Below, one piece after another: positions 54,911 to 64,000 of a DNA stretch of 64,000 bases. Source of the DNA: Eledone cirrhosa. Its lineage: Eukaryota. The notes beneath the pieces were generated by a model. That model was not told the DNA's origin. It was given only the letters and a program-made list of their open reading frames with translations, and did no database searches. Made by a program: the position numbers and the translations under genes. The stretch's first letter is position 1. The number at the start of each line of letters is the position of its first letter. The DNA lies in NCBI GenBank assembly GCA_964016885.1, contig OZ024748.1, positions 9,486,001 through 9,550,000 of the forward strand, given 5' to 3'.

Positions 54911-57845
54911 CACCTCTAATGTTTTAGTGTTGTATCTATGTTATTTCTTATTATGACACCTTTCAGAGGAAGGAGACAGCTGTGTTCCTGAAGGATTACT
55001 TGGAATCCTTTTCACCAAGAAATGTGGTCTTGACTTAGTCTGTAGTAAACGTAGTATGACCTGCATCAGTAAGTAACTTTCTTGATGAGATTTTAATATT
55101 AAATGTAATGGTAAAGATGGTGGCTCAATGAACTAAATACTTCCTTCTATTCGTCTTAATTTCTAATTTTAAAACCTGTTACAGTCAAGCTAGCTTTTCA
55201 GCCATTCAAAGTAAATAAAATATATACCAGAGATATACTAAGGTCAACAGAAAGACACCATGCCTCTAACAGTATCTGTGGCTTGATGCCAAAGAGGAAA
55301 TAAACATTCACTCTGCTGATAATACTCTGTAAATTCCTTGTTTATGGGGAATTGGGGAATTGTCATACAAACACGTTTTGTGTCACTAAACACCACATAA
55401 ACACCATACAAACACGTATTTTGGTCACTAAACATCACATAAACACCATATGAACATGACATGTCTTGTGTCACTAAACACCATAGAAACACGACATGTC
55501 TTGTGTCACTAAACACCATAGAAACACGACATGTCTTGTGTCACTAAACACCACATAAACACCATACAAACATGTTTTGTGTCACTAAACGCCAGATAAA
55601 CACCATACAAACACGACATGTTTTGTGTCACTAAACACAACATAAACACCATACAAACATGACATGTCTTGTGTCACTAAACACAACATAAACACCATAC
55701 AAACATGACATGTCTTGTGTCACTAAACACCACATAAACACCATACAAACACGTATTTTGGTCACTAAACACCACATAAACACCATACAAACATGTTTTG
55801 TGTCACTAAACGCCAGATAAACACCATACAAACACATGTTTTGTGTCACTAAACAAAACATAAACACCATACAAACATGACAAGTCTTGTGTCACTAAAC
55901 ACCAGATAAACACCATACAAACACATGTTTTGTGTCACTAAACACCACATAAACACCATACAAACGAGATGTCTTGTGTCACTAAACACCACATAAACAC
56001 CATACAAACATGACATATTTTGTGTCACTAAATACCACATAATCACCATACAAACATGACATATTTTGTGTCACTAAACACCACATAAACACCATAGAAA
56101 CACGACATGTCTTGTGTCACTAAACACCACATAAACACCATACAAACATGACATTTCTTGTGTCACTAAACACCAGATAAACACCATACAAACACGACAT
56201 GTCTTGCGTCACTAAACACCACCTAAACTTTAGATATATTCTTTAACGTCTTTGGTTCAGTATATTTCATGAGACCAACCTCACAAAGTTGTATTTCATT
56301 CTAATTCTTGTTTCTCTTTTTTTTTTTAGAACCTTTAGCTTACACTAAAAAAACTTGTGTGCAACTGAAATCAGATACTGGGGATAAACATTTGCTTGGT
56401 GCCTTTATTCCCCATTGTGATACTGATGGTACCTTCTCACCTGTCCAATGCCATGGATCAAGGTAAGATATAGTTACCATGTTATAAATGTAATGTAATA
56501 GTTATAAATATATTTCTTCCGAATTGGTTCTTCCAGTTACAAGTAAAATCAATTTGATGAGCTTCCATTCAGGTTTTGTCCAGTTTTACTCACAATATTT
56601 CCACTAATTATCCCAATGGTAGACATATTTCAATATAAAACACAGAGTTATCTAGTGTGGAATTAGATAAATGTGAATCAAACTTCTTAATTCTTCCATT
56701 TCTCATGATCTACAGTAAAATATCTTTTAATTAATATATGATACATTTATATTAATTGTAAAACTGTGGGGGGTTTTTTCCTAACTTTGAAGATATCAAA
56801 TGTCCACAAATTATTTTAAATACCAAATTGTGATATGATTCAAAAGATAGTATTTGTATGATTGTCAAATGATATTTAATGACCCCTTTTCTCTTAACTT
56901 CTTAGCAATTAAACTGGCCGTATTCAGCCAGAATTTTCTCACCTCTTCAAACCGGCCGTAACTGGCTGCTCATTCCTATGTTAAGGTATTGTTTTCAAAA
57001 TAAATAAAATCAAAATCTCGTAAATTCGATATTATATAAGATAATTATGTGAAATAAAATGTTTACTATGAAAATACAATAGTAAATATAATGTAAATGC
57101 TAAAGGGTTAATGAAAAATCCCCTATTTTGTGGTATGTTTTATTGTTTTAGAATTATATGTATAACCACTATAGATGCTGTTTGAAGTGGGAAAAACCTA
57201 TATGTTTGTTTATTCCACTTTATATTACAATTTGATATAATTATAGAGAAAAGAGAATCTGTTTATTAACATTTCTTTCCATTTTCTAGGTGTTTCTGTA
57301 CCCACACAGATGGCACTGTTATCAGAGGATTTGGAGCAGCCATTCACAACAGTCAAGGAATGAATTGCAGTAAGTAATATCCTTTTTATGTCCACTTTTC
57401 ATGTTGGCATGGGTTGGACAACGACTTTTCATGGTTGGAAACCAGATATGTTGGAGCAGCCTATCTTGTTCAATATGTTCCACATTAGGAATAGTTTCTA
57501 TGACTGGCATTATATATCATCAAATATGATTGATTATATATATATATATGTGTGTGTGTGTATGTAAATGAAGTTTATTATATGTGTAAATGAAGTACTA
57601 TTACGTTTATGCGCGTGGTTGAGTGTGTGTATGTTTATGTTCTGGATATTTATTTATATATTTTTTCCCCTCAATCTTTTTTGCCCGTTTTTTCAGCCTC
57701 ACTTTCATATTTCCTAAATATTGTTTTCAAATCCATATTTAATAAAAACACCATGTTATTTATTCATTCTGACGACTGAAGACAGACATAACATCTGCCT
57801 TCAAGAAACCACTAGTAAATGAAATAATTATCTTATGTTGTTTAT

Positions 57846-57905
<60 letters not shown>

Positions 57906-58294
57906 GTTAAGTTAAAACAATGAAATAAAAATTCAAGTCATTAGAAATATACTTCACTGCTTTACGATCGTTTCTGGGTGATAATAATACATCGTACGCA
58001 TATTTCGTTATCGATCTATGTAAGGTTAGTTACAAAATATAAGATAAGAAGTATATTTACCTACATATATATCATCAGCCGTTGTCAAAAGCAATGAGAA
58101 TTTTATTCACAATCAATAGTTAATTGAGTTCTATGACTTTATTTGGAGGTAGCTGAAGAACAAACCAATCTAATGTTTTTTTGCCATATGATGTTAAGAT
58201 GAAATATAACTCACTTTAGTTGAGGTAATGACCCTTTGAAAGGAATGGTTGAATGGTGTTAAAAATAGAATTACTATAAGAACCTATGAGGAAA

Positions 58295-58361
<67 letters not shown>

Positions 58362-58678
58362 CAAAGAAAGATAAAATGTATGTTTTTCTGATGAGTTCAG
58401 AATAAGGCTGAAACATGTCCAAAGTTTTATTATTAGCTAAATCTTTGATTTTCTCTACACTCTACATTGTTTTATGTTGTTTTTTTGTTTCAGATTGTGC
58501 CCGCCAAAAGTTTGTATATGAGAAGACTGGTTTGATTGGTAGATTATTCTGGTGTGAACCCAATGGTAATTACAACAAAATTCAATGTACTGGAAGTGCT
58601 TGTTATTGTGTTGACGATATTGGTAAACAAGTAGGTCAAGCAGTTCATATCACCCACAAGGAATCTATAAACTGTTAA
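54389..58678 (+). CDS. Paralog B: secreted 221-aa IGFBP-N/FPI-like + 2x thyroglobulin type-1 protein; coding exons 54389-54554, 54967-55068, 56330-56462, 57290-57369, 58494-58678
   Basis: Same exon sizes (166/102/133/80/185 nt), same phases and all cysteines conserved relative to paralog A. Canonical splice sites; the ORF ends in TAA at 58676-58678. Confidence 0.92.
54967..55068 (+). CDS. Paralog B exon 3
   Basis: tttcag / gtaagt; KEGDSCVPEGLLGILFTKKCGLDLVCSKRSMTCI. Confidence 0.9.
55370..56225. repeat. 33-46-bp minisatellite in intron 3 of paralog B (short version at 13779-13925 in A)
   Basis: Unit gtgtcactaaacaccacataaacaccatacaaacatgacatgtctt. Confidence 0.9.
56330..56462 (+). CDS. Paralog B exon 4 (TY1 N-half)
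   Basis: T-tract AG / gtaag; ...SDTGDKHLLGAFIPHCDTDGTFSPVQCHGSR. Confidence 0.9.
57290..57369 (+). CDS. Paralog B exon 5 (TY1 C-half)
   Basis: ttctag / gtaagt; [26 protein letters not shown]. Confidence 0.9.
57763..57823 (+). ncRNA. Type I hammerhead, sense strand in intron 5 of paralog B
   Basis: TTCATT-CTGACGA-C(TGAAG..CAGA/TCTG..CTTCA)A-GAAA-C CACTA-GTA^-AATGAA. Confidence 0.7.
58494..58678 (+). CDS. Paralog B exon 6 (TY2 and stop)
   Basis: tttcag acceptor; the 3' part of ORF 58415..58678. Confidence 0.9.
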
Positions 58679-58748
58679 CTGGACATTCATAGTAGATGCC
58701 TCTATCTCATCCAGGGAAATTATACTAAATGTTTTATATTAATGTTTA

Positions 58749-58758
58749 AATAAATAAA
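58749..58758 (+). terminator. Polyadenylation signal of paralog B (overlapping AATAAA)
   Basis: About 70 nt after the stop, followed by a GT/T-rich element. Confidence 0.7.
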
Positions 58759-59390
58759 ATGTGAAAGAAATATTTCGTAGTTTATTGTTCTTCAACAACT
58801 CCCTCGTTGTGGTCTTTTATTAATTCAGTTAATATTTGTAACTAATCTTCTCACAAGTTCCAAAGTCAACAGTTTATTAATTTTATAATAACACTTCAAT
58901 TTTTACAGATTTCTGGCTGGGTTTTGCATTCTTTAGAGATCTTTTGCAATGCAACATAAAACCAATTCTCACTATTAAAACTATAAGCTATTTCAGCATT
59001 GAGAAATAATTTGGATAGCTTAAAAGGTGAGGTTCCGCCATGCTTCGTAATGAATATATAGTTGATCATCATAATTTTCTTTCTCTCCTTAACGATCACC
59101 AATATGACTTCCATAGAGCTAGCTTTATGCTTTCCTTATATAGGTTGAGCGCCCGAATAGCGTCTCTCCTGTTGGCTTTTATATAAGAGTGACTCCCTAG
59201 TAGACTTGTAAATCCATCAGGTAAAAAGGTGATGTGTCGTACCTGTATTAATCAATATATTTTGTACATTAAACTAACCAAATAACTCTATTATAATATA
59301 ACTTCCATAGAGCTAGATTTGTTTCCTTATGTCACACAACAGCATAATATTTACAATGTTGTTTTTTTGAAATCAAAGAAGTCATCGGTA

Positions 59391-60601
59391 GGGTTTCATA
59401 GGAGATCATTCTAGATAGGTTACCTACATATGAGATCCTTCACACACCTCTTGCTTCTAGGATTGGACATTTCTTGCTGGAAGTGTTTTCTAAGTAAACT
59501 AGCTGTATACATACTGTAATAGGGAAGCAGCCATCAATAAAAAGGTGATGTGTCCTACCTGTATTATTCAACTCATACAAACCAAATAACTATATTATTA
59601 TAACAGCTGCATACTTTAAGGGATAAGTATTTTTACTGAATTCTACTATATATCTCTATTGATTTTTCTCTCGTATTAAAACGTTTCAAGAAGCAAAAGA
59701 TAAGTTTGAGAAGTACAGTAGAGGTTTAGAGAAGATTTCCTACAGCATTAAAAGTGGAAAAAAAACACACAAACTAGATTTAGTTTCTATGATCAGTAAC
59801 GATGTTTTTAAAAAAAGTATCGGAGAGAAAACTAGGAATATTTTAAGTTAGGAGTGGAACAGACAATAAGAAGAATCAGAAACATGTGAGACGAACGTGT
59901 ATTGAAGTCAACTTATTCCAATATTTAGTAGATCGAAGAAGATTTATAGAGAAACAATAAATAAAAGTAAAAATATATTGAGGATTAAGCTGTGATATAT
60001 ATAAATGTAGTTTTAGTTGTTATTCAACATAGGATGTGACATTTAGTAATGGTGTTTCGTACTTTAAATGTTACATTTCAACTGTCATGGCGCTGATACA
60101 ACAGTTTCCTTGACAATGAGAGCTGTATTAAATTGAGAAGTCTTCTTTGTCTTTATAACAGAAGATATGTTTAGAAGAAAGTTGAGGTGAATTGCTAAAT
60201 TTATCACATATTAAACAACGATATACATGTAACATATGAAATAAATCTTTGTATAATATAATGTTATTAGTAGAATATTTTGTACAAATATGTGTCAGAC
60301 AATAACACAAAGCTGTGTTCCATCTCGTAAAGAACAGAAATAAAAAATTAGATATATTTGAGTAAGGTAAGAATAAAAATATGTTTAATATTTTTTAATA
60401 AACTTTTGCTTTTTACTTAATTGATTTTTACCGATACTAACCATTTTAGTAGCTTCAAATTTTGGTGATTATCCTACAATAACATTGCAGCTATATTTAG
60501 CAGAAATATATGTGGAATATATATTTTATTTTATTATTGCTTTCAGAAAAGATGGACATTGTGAATAGCTGTAGTGTTGAATAGATAAAAGTTACGATGA
60601 T
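59391..60601 (+). repeat. Inverted duplicate of 40538-41740
   Basis: Runs from gggtttcataggagatcattctag to atagataaaagttacgatga. Confidence 0.9.
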
Positions 60602-60689
60602 ATAGAGGTGTAAATGTAAGGGGAATTGTAAAGTGTGAAGTTATTGTACTAATGTAATACACAGGAGGGGAGAGAGGGGGAGAGCAAGA

Positions 60690-60885
60690 TGAGAAAGGGA
60701 AGGAGGGAAAGGAAGAGAGTGAGAAGAGAAAGGGAAGGAGGGAAAGGAAGAGAGTGAGAAGAGAAAGGGAAGGAGGGAAAGGAAGAGAGTGAGAAGAGAA
60801 AGGGAAGGAGGGAAAGGAAGAGAGTGAGAAGAGAAAGGTAAGGAGGGAAAGGAAGAGAGTGAGAAGAGAAAGGGAAGGAGGGAGA
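60690..60885. repeat. 35-bp polypurine tandem repeat
   Basis: gagaagagaaagggaaggagggaaaggaagagagt, ~5.5 copies. Confidence 0.85.
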
Positions 60886-61478
60886 GTGAAGGAATACCAA
60901 TGAAGCATATTCCATGGAATGTATTTCTGTGTGTAATGTTTGTTGTTGAGTTCAAAGGGTGAGGTAAGAGGAAGAGCAGGAGAGAGAGGGTGAGATGGGA
61001 GGAAGAGAGAGAGGGTGAGATGGGAGGAAGAGAGAGAGGGGTGAACCGTCTGCTATTGATATAACACCATATTTTCAGGCTCTCACCGAATCGAATTTTC
61101 TTTCTTCTATTTTTTTCTCTACCTCTTATCTTTCATTACATGTTTGGGTTCAACGTTATCCTGTAACATAATTCTGCAAATAACACCTGATGAGATCGCC
61201 TTGTCTTACATCATAATCAGATGATGGAGCTGGGCCATCGAAATATGTATAATTATTTCACGGAATAACATTTCAAAAGTAAATTTTCCAGTCCGGCCTT
61301 CTATTGTTGCTTTAATGAAAGTGTGTGTGTGTGTGTATATATATATAATATAATATATATATATAATATATATATATATATAATATATATAATATATATA
61401 TATAATATATATATATATAATATATATATATAATATATATATATAATATATATATATTATATATATATATATAATATA

Positions 61479-61511
<33 letters not shown>

Positions 61512-61793
61512 ATATAATATATAATATATATATAATATATATATATATATAATATATATAATATATATAATATATATATAATATAAATATATAATATATA
61601 TATATATATAATATATATATAATATAAATATATAATATATATATATATTAAATTCCACAGAACATTCCATAAAGTATACAGCTAATATCTAATATCTTTA
61701 CTAGTTTAAAATCCTTTTTCTCAAAGGCTTATATATCTTTTAAAAATATACCCATCTTTCTACCTTATTTCAATATTATTTATTATATATTAT

Positions 61794-61985
61794 GGGCGGT
61801 GGATTGGCAGTATCGATAGAGAGTCGGACGCCATGCTTTGAAGCATAGAGTTACGTCCCTTTATGATCTGAGTTCAAATCCCGCCGAGGTTAACTTTGCC
61901 TTTCATCCTTACGGGGTCGATAAAATAAAGTACCAGTAATGTACTGGGTAATTGCTGGCCTTGTGCCTAAAATAGAAACAATTAT
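61794..61985 (+). mobile_element. SINE family 2 copy
   Basis: Full-length match to 4379-4565. Confidence 0.85.
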
Positions 61986-62659
61986 TTATTATATATTATA
62001 TAATACAAGTTACTCACTCTATATTATTCCTCTTTATCACTTTCCTTTCTTCCTCTTTTCTTTTTAATCTATATGTATATATCCCATTTATCACATACCC
62101 ATGTATATATCTCATCACATACCCATGTATATATCCCATTTATCATATGTATATATACCATTTATTACACCAAGCCATTCTTTTCGTCCCTGCAGCTAAA
62201 AATCCTTTGTGTTTTTTCTAGTCAAAATCTGTTACAAAAATACTGCAGCATGCCACGTGTTCTCCTCCTCACCTCCTCCCTACCCCCATCCTCACCTCCT
62301 CCCCACCCCCACCACTATAAATATCCCAACAGTCTGTGATCCCAGCCTCACACCTCTTCAATACAATAACAACACATCAAAGCTTAATCAATACATAATA
62401 CATTCTATGGCAATAAAACCTCTCACAACTAAATTAAAAGACATTTTTATTAAAACTAATGCGAACATCGCTCAGAAAATAAATCATGAAATTAAATTTC
62501 TTTGTGATAGTTACAAAAATTAATTGAATATTTTATTTTTACAATGAGTTTCCGCTGTTTTATCTTCTCTGCGTTACCTAGGAATATCCATACAACTAAA
62601 TCATTTCTTTCCAGTTCATATCTGAATAATATTTCAAAATACCATTATCGAATGCTACA

Positions 62660-63215
62660 ACCCAATCGGTATTATAGACGCCACAACCGGTACTATAGAC
62701 GCCACAAACTAATACTATCGCCAATATTTTCCTATCAACCGGCACTATAGATGCCCCAACTGGTACTATAGACGCCACAGCTTAGTACTATCGCCAATAT
62801 TTTCCTACCAACCGGTACTATAGACGCCACAAACTAGTACTATCGCCAATATTTTCCTACAAACCGGTACTATAGACGCCACACCCGGTACTATAGACGC
62901 CACAGCCTAGTACTATCGCCAATATTTTCCTACAAACCGGTAGTATAAACGCCACACCCGGTACTATAGACGCCACAGCCTAGTACTATCGCCAATATTT
63001 TCCTACCAACCGGTACTATAGACGCCACACCCGGTACTATAGACGCCACAGCCTAGTACTATCGCCAATATTTTCCTACCAACCGGTACTATAGACGCCC
63101 CAGTCTAGTACTATCGCCAATATTTTCCTACCAACCGGTACTATAGATGCCACAGCCTAGTACTATCGCCAATATTTTCCTATCAACCGGCACTATAGAC
63201 GCCCCAACCGGTAAT
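62660..63215. repeat. Composite minisatellite of 21-bp and 52-bp units
   Basis: ccggtactatagacgccacac alternating with ...gcctagtactatcgccaatattttcctaccaa. Confidence 0.85.
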
Positions 63216-63664
63216 ATAGTGCCTTAAGGGAAAGCTGAGAGGATTTCAGATGTTTTATTATAATTCAGTTTCTCACGTTATTGGTCATCGACCAGTAATT
63301 TACAAAATATTGCACATTATTTTAACGATGCCTCCTCTTAACCCTTTCGATTTTTATAGTTTCAAAAATCACATTAGACGGGGGGTTTGGGGGGGGGGGG
63401 GTCTAAGTATTGCATAAAAAAATAATTATATCTAATAACCGAAACACTCGATAGTTTTTAGTAGAAGAGATTTTCTAATTAACGACTGAAAATGCAATCG
63501 TTCGTATTATAAAATATTGGGCGCAGACATGGCTGTATGGTTAAGAAGTTTGCTTCAGTCGCACGAGTTCGATCCCACCGAAAGTCGTATCTTTTCAAAT
63601 GGTTTCGAGTTGACCAATAATTTGTGATTGGAATTTTAGTAGTCGGATACTACGCGGAAGCTAG

Positions 63665-63704
<40 letters not shown>

Positions 63705-64000
63705 ATGTATATATATATACAATGGGTGACTGGGTCTAAAAATATCGGGTGCCAGGAGGTGAAGGGGCCTCACCTACACATAAAACGCTATTATTTAATT
63801 TTGATTTTGAAAGTAGGTTTATAATTATTAACTTTCATTATACTTTCGTAGCTGTCTCGGTGGCCTAGTTGGAGGAATCATAGACTGTGGTGATCCTGGT
63901 CTGAAATTCGATTCTGGTCGGGAGTAGGGTTCCCGGTAAACCTTTTCAGTCTTTTTTCTATGGGATGTAAAATAAAAACTGAAATATATTACATGTACCT

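Noticed and set aside
62170-62525. Possible Penelope pre-RT fragment (ORFs 62073 and 62209)
   Set aside because: Only a weak resemblance, with no diagnostic motif.
62660-63215. CRISPR-like regular repeat
   Set aside because: No unique spacers, no cas genes, eukaryotic context; it is a composite minisatellite.

Overview
AT-rich eukaryotic DNA, very likely an octopod cephalopod, judging from the RTE LINE, the tRNA-derived SINE families and the very large (TA)/(TACA) tracts. The host content is a divergently transcribed pair of paralogous 6-exon genes that the ORF track shows only as fragments. Copy A is on the minus strand (CDS 17044->6936) and copy B on the plus strand (CDS 54389->58678). Each encodes a 221-aa secreted cysteine-rich protein: signal peptide, a 12-Cys IGFBP-N/fungal-protease-inhibitor-like domain, then two thyroglobulin type-1 domains. 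By hand count the copies differ at 26 amino acids but only 4 synonymous sites, and the changes cluster in inter-cysteine loops. Exon 5, intron 4 and the 3'UTR are nearly identical, while the promoters and the 29-nt non-coding first exons are deeply diverged yet keep the same E-box/GATA/TATA/Inr order. This pattern suggests an old inverted duplicate under patchy gene conversion plus diversifying selection. The rest of the window is repeats. These are an apparently intact RTE LINE with an embedded PHD-type finger, its partner SINE, a second SINE family, Penelope-like (GIY-YIG) remnants, and about 15 hammerhead-ribozyme motifs (including U3-A8 core variants), often in small inverted-repeat inserts within (TA)n. 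There is also a CRE-like fragment, many minisatellites and a 1.2-kb inverted segmental duplicate. All coordinates, alignments and counts were made by eye.
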